From Ruminococcus sp. (lineage in GTDB: Bacteria > Bacillota > Clostridia > Oscillospirales > Acutalibacteraceae): 64,000 nucleotides of DNA. The notes under the pieces were generated by a model. The model worked only from the letters and a program-made list of their open reading frames with translations, ran no database searches and was not told the origin of the DNA. Of this stretch, positions 1 to 8,689 are shown piece by piece. The DNA lies in the NCBI GenBank assembly GCA_017395925.1, contig JAFQNJ010000043.1, forward strand, positions 18,486 to 82,485. Reading direction: 5' to 3'. Position 1 is the stretch's first letter, and each line of letters opens with the position of its first letter. The position numbers and the translations under genes are program-made.

Positions 1-123
1 GTTTCGAATCTGCCCGCTGTGAATCTTTACCGAAAGTTTGGATTTTTGGATGTGGGCACAAGGCGCAACTATTATGATGCACCCCGAGAGGATGCACTTC
101 TGATGACTCGATACATAAAATAA
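1..123 (+). CDS. rimI: RimI-like GNAT acetyltransferase, C-terminal fragment (5' end outside window)
   Basis: Frame 1 reads VSNLPAVNLYRKFGFLDVGTRRNYYDAPREDALLMTRYIK*, matching the RimI C-terminal motif SNxxAxxLYxKxGF...R.NYY...EDA. Confidence 0.8.
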   Translation, partial: VSNLPAVNLYRKFGFLDVGTRRNYYDAPREDALLMTRYIK

Positions 124-126
124 TTA

Positions 127-200
127 AAAGCCTTCGTGCTATATATGCACGGAGGCTTTGTTTATATAAAAATACCCTCTGCTGTTTGGTAGCAGAGGGT
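127..200. terminator. Two intrinsic terminator hairpins between convergent genes
   Basis: aaagccttcgtgc-tatat-gcacggaggcttt and accctctgct-gtttggt-agcagagggt. Confidence 0.7.
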
Positions 201-208
201 GAGTTTTA

Positions 209-1390
209 TCAGTCTGTTGCGTAGTTGTCAAAGTAGCCTTCGATAAGGATAACAGGTGTGCCTCTGTCGCCTGAACCGCTGGTGAGGTCACAGAGTGAGC
301 CAAGAAGGTCGGTAAGCTGTCTGGGGGTTGTGCCCTGAGACTGCATATTACCCTTAAGGTCGGCGTCCTTGCTCTTGATAAGCTCTTTCATAGCTGCCTT
401 GAGTTCGTCGCCTGAAAGGTCCTTCAGGTCATTGTCGGCAAAGTATTTCATCTTGAGCTCATTGGGCTTGCCCTGAAGACCCTCTGTATAAGCGGGGGAT
501 ACAACGGGGTCAGCAAGCTCCCAGATTCCGCCAACGGGGTCTTTGAAGCCGCCGTCGCCGTATACCATACACTCTATGTGCTTGCCTGTAGCCTTGAACA
601 TTTCTGCCTGAAGATTTTTTACGAAAGTCTCACAGTCACGAGGGAAGAGCTTAACCTTATCCTCGGTAGCCTTGTTGGAGCCAAGGAGACCGTACTGCTG
701 GTTATAGCCTGAGCCGTCAACGCTCTCGGTGAGGATTTCATCCATACGATAAACCTTATCTGCACCTGCGGCCTTGAGGAGACGCTGTGTGCGGAAACGG
801 GTGTGGATGTCACAGTTGAGAACATTCTTTGTATAATTCAGAATGTATCTGGGGTCATTGGAAAAGATAATCTCGATGTTGTCGCCCAGACTTTTGTAAT
901 AGTCGATATAGTCAACGCCGGTGAATGTGTGCTTGGTTTCATAGCCGAAAACTTTTCTGAATTCTTCTTCGTTGAAACTGTCCGAGTAGGGGTTTACGCC
1001 CTTTTCGTCAATAGCATCATAGGTGATGAAAGAGTTGCCTACCTCGTCAGAGGGGTAAGAAAGCTGAACGTAGAGCTTTTTGCAGCCCATAGCGATGGAG
1101 CGCAGAAGAATGGCAAAACGGTTACGGCTGAGAATGGGGAATACAATGCCTAAATCTTCACCGCCGAATTTTGCACGGATATCCTTTGCAATCTGCTCTG
1201 TGGTTGCGTAGTTGCCCTGAGTACGTGCAACGACTGCTTCGGTAACGCCGATAATACTATTGTCTTTAATCTCGAAACCTTCGCCTTTTGCGGCATCGGT
1301 TACGCTCTTAACGATTTCTGCTACAAGGTTGTCGCCCTCTTTGAAGATGGGACAGATAATACCTCTTGAAGTAACGCCTGTATAATGCAT
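209..1390 (-). CDS. Coenzyme F420-0:gamma-glutamyl ligase (CofE)-like family protein
   Basis: N-terminal RGIxxPI...GDNL, TEAVVAR and C-terminal DLTSGSGDRGTPVILI motifs typical of Firmicutes CofE-like proteins. Confidence 0.75.
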   Translation of the reverse strand: MHYTGVTSRGIICPIFKEGDNLVAEIVKSVTDAAKGEGFEIKDNSIIGVTEAVVARTQGNYATTEQIAKDIRAKFGGEDLGIVFPILSRNRFAILLRSIAMGCKKLYVQLSYPSDEVGNSFITYDAIDEKGVNPYSDSFNEEEFRKVFGYETKHTFTGVDYIDYYKSLGDNIEIIFSNDPRYILNYTKNVLNCDIHTRFRTQRLLKAAGADKVYRMDEILTESVDGSGYNQQYGLLGSNKATEDKVKLFPRDCETFVKNLQAEMFKATGKHIECMVYGDGGFKDPVGGIWELADPVVSPAYTEGLQGKPNELKMKYFADNDLKDLSGDELKAAMKELIKSKDADLKGNMQSQGTTPRQLTDLLGSLCDLTSGSGDRGTPVILIEGYFDNYATD

Positions 1391-1576
1391 AGTAAATCAC
1401 CTTTCAATAACTGGGTTATTAAGCGAACAATTTATTTTACAACGCCATTGATAATCTGTCAATAAATATGGGGCATTTTTTTGATGTTTCAAGCAAAAAA
1501 ATCTTAAAAATAGGATAAATATAGAATTCCCCCGATGATATTTTTCACCGAGGGAATAAAAATTATTTAATATAAA

Positions 1577-3214
1577 TCAGTACTTTTCTACTGCAAGATG
1601 CTCTGAGGAGTTTGCCTTCAACAGAGTTGCTTCACTGAGAGCAATGAAGATGAAGTAGAGAGGAGTGTTGACAGCATTGGCAATGTTTACGAAATCCTGT
1701 GCCGCATAGGTGACGATTACACACAGACACACAAGGGCAATAGGATTGAACTTTGCACGCTTTACGGTAAGCACCACGGAGCTTATTACCAGAGTCAGGT
1801 ATGCTGCAAGTCCCAAAATTCCGTGAGTGACAAGGTTGTTGAGATAAACATTGTGGGCAGAGTTTGTGGAACTCTCGCCGAATTTCTTTGAAAGTTCGGG
1901 GAAGAAGGATTTGAACGCATAGAAGTAGGTGTCGGGGCCTGTGCCGAAAAGCTTCTGCCAGAAGTTCATATTATCCTTGAAAACATCAAAGGTGCGAATC
2001 CAGAAGTAGCCGCGGTGAGTACCCCAATACTCGTCAAAGCGGAAGAAACGCTTGAAGCCTGTGAGGGCTTCTTCGGTGTTGATGAAGGTGTAGTTGACTA
2101 TCAGGGCGATAATTCCAACTATGCCGAGCACCATAATTCCGAGGACAATAAACATTACTGGTTTTGGGAAAAGCTTGTTTTGGGTCTTCTTGCTGACAAA
2201 GTACATAATTACAGCAAGTGCCGCACAAATAACTATAAGGATATAACTCAGGGGACCTCTGAGGAACAGTGCGGAGAAACTGGAGTAACCCTTGGAGTTC
2301 TCTTTCATAATTACGTCAAAGAGCCTCAGAATTTTGGCACTTGCTCCCATAATTGCCAGAGCGAAGAAATACTTTGAGAGCATTTTGGGATTTCTGCTGA
2401 GCATTACGAAGAGGAATGCAAGCATAAACAGGAAGCCCAGAAAACCACCGTCAGAGGTTGCAACAATGAGTCCCATGAACTGAATACCTGTGCTTGTGTA
2501 AGCGATAATCTTCATCACAAGGTTGTTGCTGGTGAGAGCCACGCCCAGAGAGAAGGGGAGTGCCACACAGATGAAGGCAGAAAGGTAGTTTTTGTTGCCG
2601 ATGGTTGAGGTGAAGTCCTTGAGCACGGTTTCATAGTTTGAGGAGTTTTTGTATGCCTCAAATATTCCGAGGGGGTCCATATAGTAGTAGTTGATTATGG
2701 CAAGTAATGATACTACGGTAATGCCTGCGAAGATGCCATAGAATACGTACTTCTTGAAAAAGAAGAAGCGGGAGATTACCATATATCCTGCAAATAGCAG
2801 AGCAATGGTGATAAGTCCCATATTCCTGCCTGAATTTGACTCGGACAGTCCCATCATACAGTGACCCAATCTGCCGCTGGTGAGAGAGGATATTACGGAT
2901 ATCCCTACAAAAGCGGCAAAGGCGATGTCTGTGACAGATATCTTGAAGGGGTCGCGATAGGTATTGAGTTTCTGATTATAGGTGCTGTTTTTGCTGAAAG
3001 CGTCCACAATGCTTATGATACCTACAGAAACACCTGCTATACCTGTGAGTAAAAGAAATACCCAGAACTTGTCGCGTCGTGCTGCGGAGTAGAAACTGCT
3101 GAGGAAAATGGGGAAGAACGTGAACATCAGCAGGACGTATAAATCTGCCAGAGCGTGCCGCACCGTAAGACGCAGTCGCGGGGTATTGCTGTTTGTTGAT
3201 TTTTTGGAAGCCAT
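1577..3214 (-). CDS. O-antigen ligase/Wzy-like polytopic membrane protein
   Basis: Many TM segments; STIGNKN, RGYFW, FGTGPDTY and SAHNVYL motifs. Confidence 0.8.
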   Translation of the reverse strand: MASKKSTNSNTPRLRLTVRHALADLYVLLMFTFFPIFLSSFYSAARRDKFWVFLLLTGIAGVSVGIISIVDAFSKNSTYNQKLNTYRDPFKISVTDIAFAAFVGISVISSLTSGRLGHCMMGLSESNSGRNMGLITIALLFAGYMVISRFFFFKKYVFYGIFAGITVVSLLAIINYYYMDPLGIFEAYKNSSNYETVLKDFTSTIGNKNYLSAFICVALPFSLGVALTSNNLVMKIIAYTSTGIQFMGLIVATSDGGFLGFLFMLAFLFVMLSRNPKMLSKYFFALAIMGASAKILRLFDVIMKENSKGYSSFSALFLRGPLSYILIVICAALAVIMYFVSKKTQNKLFPKPVMFIVLGIMVLGIVGIIALIVNYTFINTEEALTGFKRFFRFDEYWGTHRGYFWIRTFDVFKDNMNFWQKLFGTGPDTYFYAFKSFFPELSKKFGESSTNSAHNVYLNNLVTHGILGLAAYLTLVISSVVLTVKRAKFNPIALVCLCVIVTYAAQDFVNIANAVNTPLYFIFIALSEATLLKANSSEHLAVEKY

Positions 3215-3247
3215 TAAAAAACCTCTATTCGTGGAGAAAAATTTTAA

Positions 3248-3772
3248 TTAGTAGAATAACTTTGTGGGAAGAAGGAACAGATAGGGTGCTGTAAATACTG
3301 CCATAGACAGCGCAAGCAAGTGCTTCTGCTTATTTTCCAAGGGGAGTTTTCTGAAAGATACAAATCTGTTGAAAATATAAATCATCACACCTGCTACTGC
3401 TATTGCCGCAAGGGCCCACAGCAGTGCCCATATATTTTCAAAGGGGTTCATAGCGAGTGCACCGAGAATGTCATTATAGGCGTCGCTCTCGCTCAAAGCA
3501 GGGATGAGCCCGATAAGATATGTGCTGAAGAGTATTCCAACGCCAATAAAATCGCTGAGAAAACCAAAGAGCCATACAGGAAGAAGAGAGCTTTTGATGC
3601 AGAGCTTGGTGTTCTGGCTTTTGAGTACCTTTAGGGTTATGAACATCACAAGGAAATCAACTATGAGATTCAACGGGATTACCGCTATCCAAGCCGTGGG
3701 AAAGAGTACCATAAGCCATATCGGGAATACTACGTTATAAAGTGTAGTTTCTTTTTTCATATTAAGTTCCAA
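3248..3772 (-). CDS. Hypothetical membrane protein
   Basis: 174-aa hydrophobic ORF coupled to neighbours. Confidence 0.65.
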   Translation of the reverse strand: MELNMKKETTLYNVVFPIWLMVLFPTAWIAVIPLNLIVDFLVMFITLKVLKSQNTKLCIKSSLLPVWLFGFLSDFIGVGILFSTYLIGLIPALSESDAYNDILGALAMNPFENIWALLWALAAIAVAGVMIYIFNRFVSFRKLPLENKQKHLLALSMAVFTAPYLFLLPTKLFY

Positions 3773-4375
3773 TTACATCAAATGTAGATATTCTTCGGTT
3801 TTGTCGAGGAAGGTGATGCATACCTGTTCGCCTTCGTTGGCGTTGTATTCGAGTTCTATTGTGCACTGATATGCGTTGTGGCCGCTTTTGTAGATGAATG
3901 TTACGCTTGTATCCTCACCTGTGGGATAGAGGTTGTCAGCAGAGAAGGTTCTGATTTCTTTCAGAGAGGAAACTGTGGGGAGACCGTCATCGCCGGTGGT
4001 GTATGTGGGAATGAATATCTTGTCGTTAGCAATGCGGATAGCTTCAAATGCATATTTTGCACTTATCTCAAGAGTTTCGCTGTTGCCTTTGAGATAGAGA
4101 GAGTTTTTCTCGGGTTTGCTTGTTACCTCGGCACCCTCGGGAATGGTGAAGCCCGCGGCACTGTACTGATTCAGCACCTCGGCTGAAAACCAACCTTCCA
4201 GGTCATTGTCGGTAGGAGCAGGTACGGTGTTACCGTACTTATCGTAAATAACCGAACTGCCGGGGGCATTGGTAAAGGGCTTTTCTTTTTTGCATCCGCT
4301 TAAAGAGAATAAAGCGGAGATACAGAGTGCGGTTGCCAAAAGCAGAGCGGCTATGCGTAAAAACTTACTGTTCAT
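3773..4375 (-). CDS. Putative lipoprotein
   Basis: Signal peptide ending in lipobox LSGC; RBS ggag upstream. Confidence 0.7.
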   Translation of the reverse strand: MNSKFLRIAALLLATALCISALFSLSGCKKEKPFTNAPGSSVIYDKYGNTVPAPTDNDLEGWFSAEVLNQYSAAGFTIPEGAEVTSKPEKNSLYLKGNSETLEISAKYAFEAIRIANDKIFIPTYTTGDDGLPTVSSLKEIRTFSADNLYPTGEDTSVTFIYKSGHNAYQCTIELEYNANEGEQVCITFLDKTEEYLHLM

Positions 4376-4505
4376 AATTAACTCCTTTTAATTTATTTAT
4401 GGCGATAAACCATCACTATAAATAATATCACAAAATAGTTTCTAAGTCTATACTTTCGGATACATAAAAGTGACATATGGAGTAATATTTTTGCGGCTGA
4501 AACAC

Positions 4506-4533
4506 AAAAGCCCCGCCAAACAGGCGAGGCTTT
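4506..4533 (-). terminator. Intrinsic terminator of the feo operon
   Basis: aaaagccccgcc-aaaca-ggcgaggcttt hairpin. Confidence 0.65.
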
Positions 4534-4573
4534 CGGGTTTTGATTTGGTTTTATTTTCAGAAAGGAATAAGTT

Positions 4574-4759
4574 TTACTTTTCGGTGGATTGCTTTGAGTG
4601 GCAGGTGCCCTTCAAAGCACATCCAGAACAATTACATCCGCAGGAAGATTTACCTTTTTTCTTGTTGCTGATAAGATAGATTATCACACCTGCTATTACC
4701 GCCAGAAGCCCTGCTGAAATGATTATTGTTCCTAAATTGTTCATTATGAAATCAAACAT
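4574..4759 (-). CDS. FeoB-associated Cys-rich membrane protein
   Basis: Single TM followed by CGCNCSGC...C, directly after feoB. Confidence 0.85.
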   Translation of the reverse strand: MFDFIMNNLGTIIISAGLLAVIAGVIIYLISNKKKGKSSCGCNCSGCALKGTCHSKQSTEK

Positions 4760-4774
4760 TTCACATTCTCCTTT

Positions 4775-6928
4775 TTATTTGACTCTGACTTTTTTAGTGA
4801 GACGGGTGGACTCTTTGTAGGGGCGCACCAGCATATAAATCATAAATGCAAGTATAACGCCTGAGATTACTGTGCCGATGATGTTGCCGTCGCCCATAAA
4901 CCATGAGCCGAACTGATATACCATCAGAGATATAGCGTATGCAAAGGCGGTCATATATCCCAGAGCAAATGCGGTCCATTTGCCGCTGTTCATTTCTCTT
5001 CTGATAGCACCCATTGCCGCAAAGCAGGGGGCACAGAGGAGGTTGAATATCATAAAGCTGTATGCGGCTACACCGTTGGCGCCGAAGAGTGAGGATACGG
5101 CTGCGTGTAATGCAGTGGAGTCTTCTGCTACGTCACTTCCTACATTGAGGAGAACTCCGTAAGTGGAAACGACGCCTTCCTTGGCGATGAGACCTGTAAT
5201 GGTAGCTACAGCAGACTGCCAGTTGCCGAATCCCAGGGGGATGAACAGGAAGGCAATGGCGTTGCCTATAAGAGCAAGGAGAGAGGAGTTGTTATCCTCT
5301 ACCATTGTGAACTTGCCGTCAACAAATCCGAATCCCTGCAGGAACCAGAGAATTACGGAGGCAAGGAGGATTATTGTGCCTGCTTTCTTGATGAAGGACC
5401 AGCCGCGTTCCCATGTTGCGCGGAAAATATTTCTGGGAACGGGTGCGTGATAAGCGGGAAGCTCCATAACAAAGGGTGCGGGGTCGCCTGCAAAAAGCTT
5501 TGTTTTCTTAAGGATTATACCCGATATAATTACAGCGGTAATACCGATTAGATATGCAGACACTGCAACAAGTCCGCTTCCGCCGAAAATAGCCCCTGCA
5601 AAAAGACCGATAATGGGCATTTTTGCACCACAGGGGATAAAGCAGGTGGTCATTATGGTCATACGTCTGTCTCGCTCATTCTCGATGGTTCTGGATGCCA
5701 TAACTCCGGGTACACCGCATCCTGCACCTACCAGCATAGGAATGAAGCTTTTGCCGGAAAGTCCGAACTTTCGGAAAAGTTTATCCATAATGAATGCAAC
5801 TCTTGCCATATATCCGCAGTCTTCAAGGAGAGAGAGCAGAAGGAAGAGTATGAACATCTGCGGCACAAAGCCGAGTACTGCGCCAACACCGCTGACTATA
5901 CCATCAGAGATGAGTCCCTGAAGCCAGGGCGCACAGTTTATGGAGGTAAGGAAATTGTCGACTGTAGGGATTATCCACTCGCCGAAGAGTGTGTCGTTCA
6001 TAAATCCCACAGTCCAATTTCCGATGGAGCCGATGGCAAGGAAGTAGACAAGGAACATAATGACGGCGAATATGGGGAGTGCCAGAAAACGGTTTGTAAC
6101 AACCTTGTCGATTTTGTCGGAAACGGTGAGTCTGCCAATATGCTTTTTGACATAGCACTTTTTCATCAGGCTTTCGATGTAGTTGTAGCGTTCGTTGATG
6201 ATGATGCTCTCGGCATCGTCATCCAGCATTTTTTCAATTTTTACAATATCTGTTTCTATGTGCTTGAGAATATCATTGCTGATATTAAGCTTTTCCAGCA
6301 CTTTGTCGTCGCGCTCGAAAATTTTGATGGAGTACCAGCGCTGCTGTTCCTCGGGCATACTGTGAATGGCAGCCTCTTCGATATGTGCCAGAGTGTGCTC
6401 AACGGCACCTGAGAAGTTGTGCATGGGGACTTTTTTGCCCTTCCTGGCGGCTTCTATTGCAAGGTCTGCGGCATCGGTGATGCTGTCACCCTTGAGGGCA
6501 GATATCTCGATAATCTCGCAACCAAGTTCGCGGCTCAGGCGGTCGGTATCAATTTTGTCTCCGTTTTTTCTCACGAGATCCATCATATTGATGGCGATTA
6601 CAACGGGGATGCCAAGCTCCATAATCTGTGTGGTCAGGTACAGATTCCTTTCCAGATTTGTGCCGTCAACAATGTTGAGAATTGCATCGGGACACTCATC
6701 AATAAGGTAGTTTCTTGCAACTACTTCTTCCAGAGTGTAGGGAGAGAGGGAGTATATGCCGGGAAGGTCGGTGATGATAATGTCATCCTGCTTTTTGAGT
6801 TTGCCTTCCTTTTTCTCTACGGTTACACCCGGCCAGTTTCCAACGTACTGGTTGGAGCCTGTGAGGGCATTGAAAAGTGTTGTCTTGCCGCTGTTAGGAT
6901 TGCCGGCAAGTGCGATTTTTATGCTCAT
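4775..6928 (-). CDS. feoB: Ferrous iron transporter B
   Basis: GNPNSGKT, VGNWPGVTVE, DLPG GTPase motifs plus membrane domain. Confidence 0.97.
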   Translation of the reverse strand: MSIKIALAGNPNSGKTTLFNALTGSNQYVGNWPGVTVEKKEGKLKKQDDIIITDLPGIYSLSPYTLEEVVARNYLIDECPDAILNIVDGTNLERNLYLTTQIMELGIPVVIAINMMDLVRKNGDKIDTDRLSRELGCEIIEISALKGDSITDAADLAIEAARKGKKVPMHNFSGAVEHTLAHIEEAAIHSMPEEQQRWYSIKIFERDDKVLEKLNISNDILKHIETDIVKIEKMLDDDAESIIINERYNYIESLMKKCYVKKHIGRLTVSDKIDKVVTNRFLALPIFAVIMFLVYFLAIGSIGNWTVGFMNDTLFGEWIIPTVDNFLTSINCAPWLQGLISDGIVSGVGAVLGFVPQMFILFLLLSLLEDCGYMARVAFIMDKLFRKFGLSGKSFIPMLVGAGCGVPGVMASRTIENERDRRMTIMTTCFIPCGAKMPIIGLFAGAIFGGSGLVAVSAYLIGITAVIISGIILKKTKLFAGDPAPFVMELPAYHAPVPRNIFRATWERGWSFIKKAGTIILLASVILWFLQGFGFVDGKFTMVEDNNSSLLALIGNAIAFLFIPLGFGNWQSAVATITGLIAKEGVVSTYGVLLNVGSDVAEDSTALHAAVSSLFGANGVAAYSFMIFNLLCAPCFAAMGAIRREMNSGKWTAFALGYMTAFAYAISLMVYQFGSWFMGDGNIIGTVISGVILAFMIYMLVRPYKESTRLTKKVRVK

Positions 6929-6962
6929 AGCTTTACCTCTTTCATTATGTTAAAGGGGGGAG

Positions 6963-7184
6963 TTATTCCACCTCGATCATTTCTGCATCGGCCTTTCTCA
7001 GGGAGAGCTCATAGCCTCTGACAAAAAGCTCCAGAGGGTCACCCAGGGGAGCTACCTTGCGGACGTATATTTCAACACCCTTGGTGATTCCCATATCCAT
7101 AATGCGGCGTCGGATAGCGCCCTCGCCGTGGACCTTGACCACCTTGGCTGTTTTGCCGATTTTTACATCTTTGAGTGTATTCAT
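6963..7184 (-). CDS. feoA: Ferrous iron transport protein A
   Basis: RRIMDMG...APLGDP...LSLR; start set at the ATG after RBS aaggag. Confidence 0.95.
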   Translation of the reverse strand: MNTLKDVKIGKTAKVVKVHGEGAIRRRIMDMGITKGVEIYVRKVAPLGDPLELFVRGYELSLRKADAEMIEVE

Positions 7185-7202
7185 ATAAGTTTCTCCTTTG
7201 TC

Positions 7203-7253
7203 AGTTAGCAAAGGCTAACTTGAGGTTTAAAATGATAGTTAGCACCTGCTAAC
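7203..7253. promoter_or_regulatory. Two GTTAG-N6-CTAAC palindromes, likely operators of the divergent DtxR/MntR-family regulator
   Basis: agttagc-aaag-gctaact (7203-7220) and gttagca-cc-tgctaac (7238-7253) between the feoA RBS and its promoter. Confidence 0.7.
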
Positions 7254-7478
7254 CGTTAATTATAATACACCTGATGTAAGAATTTGTCAATGAGGAAAAG
7301 GTGATTTTAACTGAGATTTTTTAAAATTTGGTAAAAAAGCGCATAGAGATGGGAGATGATTCGGTGCACATTTGTGTAAATAGCTCTTGGATATATGGCG
7401 GATAACTTTTCTTTTGCTTGAAAAATAAAAGGGGAAATGGTATAATACTAACAATACTTCTGTTGAAGAGGCGATTAT

Positions 7479-7844
7479 ATGCAGTTGCAGGAATCCGGCG
7501 AGATGTATCTCGAGACCATATTGGTACTTACCAAAAAGAATAATGCTGTGCGTTCGCTGGATGTGGCGGAATACCGCAACTATTCCAAGCCCAGTGTCAG
7601 CCGTGCTGTAAAGCTTCTCAAAGACGGGGGATACATCACTGTTGATGAAAACGGCTTCTTGTGGCTTACCGATGTGGGCAGAGAGGTCGCCGAAAAAATC
7701 TATGACCGACACAGGGTTATAGAGGAGTGTCTTGTGCGCCTTGGTGTGGATAAAGAAACTGCCGCTCAGGATGCCTGCAGAATGGAGCACGTTGTCAGCG
7801 ACACCACCCTTGAGGCTATTAAGAGATTCCTTGAGAGACAGTAA
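7479..7844 (+). CDS. DtxR/MntR-family metal-dependent transcriptional regulator
   Basis: ESGEMYLETI, SKPSVSRAV HTH, DACRMEH metal site; divergent from feoAB. Confidence 0.92.
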   Translation: MQLQESGEMYLETILVLTKKNNAVRSLDVAEYRNYSKPSVSRAVKLLKDGGYITVDENGFLWLTDVGREVAEKIYDRHRVIEECLVRLGVDKETAAQDACRMEHVVSDTTLEAIKRFLERQ

Positions 7845-7880
7845 AACTGAAGATTTGGTATAACAATACTGATATATAGA

Positions 7881-7918
7881 AAAACCGCCGCGGCATCAGC
7901 CACGGCGGAATTTTTTTG
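7881..7918. terminator. Bidirectional terminator
   Basis: aaaaccgccgcggc-atca-gccacggcgg followed by a T-run between convergent genes. Confidence 0.7.
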
Positions 7919-7919
7919 A

Positions 7920-8210
7920 TTACATTTTGTTGTTGAGTGCACGTTCAAGCCAGATATCTGCGATATCCATTGCAACGAAAAGACCTGTTTTTTCAGAAGC
8001 TTTGACAAGCTGCTTTCTGGGGCTTAAATCAGGGTCGGTGCAGAGGAGCTGAACCGCAACCTTGTCGGCAACCTGCATGTCACCGACTGCTTTTTTTGTT
8101 TTTACCTGCATACGGATTACGAAGGGCTCAGACATACTTCCGTAGTAGAGCTCGTCGCCGCAACGTACCAGGGGCTTACCTTTGTAGGTGAAGAATTCTT
8201 TATTTGCCAA
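7920..8210 (-). CDS. Conserved hypothetical protein
   Basis: 96-aa ORF with RBS ggagg, follows ireB. Confidence 0.75.
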   Translation of the reverse strand: MANKEFFTYKGKPLVRCGDELYYGSMSEPFVIRMQVKTKKAVGDMQVADKVAVQLLCTDPDLSPRKQLVKASEKTGLFVAMDIADIWLERALNNKM

Positions 8211-8224
8211 GGGGAATACCTCCG

Positions 8225-8470
8225 TCAGTTTTTCAGATAAGATTTAACCAGAGCCTCCAGAAGGTCGTCGCGGTCAATCTTTGAGATGATGTTTCGTGCA
8301 TTGTCGCAGGTGGTGATGTAGGTGGGGTCCTCGGAAAGGATATAACCCACAATCTGATTGATGGGGTTGTAACCCTTTTTGCGCAGTGCGTTGTAGACGA
8401 TTAAAAGAGCGCGCTTGATCTCGTCATCCTTGTCGCCGCCCAGAGAGAAAACCATAGTTTTATCCAGCAT
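8225..8470 (-). CDS. ireB: IreB/ReoM (UPF0297) regulatory phosphoprotein
   Basis: KGYNPINQIVGYILSEDPTYIT...AR motif. Confidence 0.92.
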   Translation of the reverse strand: MLDKTMVFSLGGDKDDEIKRALLIVYNALRKKGYNPINQIVGYILSEDPTYITTCDNARNIISKIDRDDLLEALVKSYLKN

Positions 8471-8689
8471 CAAAAACACCTCCGAAGTCACGGTGCGGAT
8501 ATGTGAAATATTTGTCTCGCACCATACTGAATACTAATTCAAAATAATTATACAACATTTGTTCTCATTTTTCAATACCCTAAATTGAAAATTAATGGAA
8601 CCTTAATCTGACGATAATTTCCGTCAGAAAAAACTGCCCGAGGTAAAAGATTCTCGGGCAGTTGGTTATGTTTCAGATTGATAGAAGAA

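Noticed and set aside
1577-3214. O-antigen ligase as a sign of LPS or an outer membrane
   Set aside because: This family is common in monoderm Firmicutes for cell-wall polymer or protein glycosylation.
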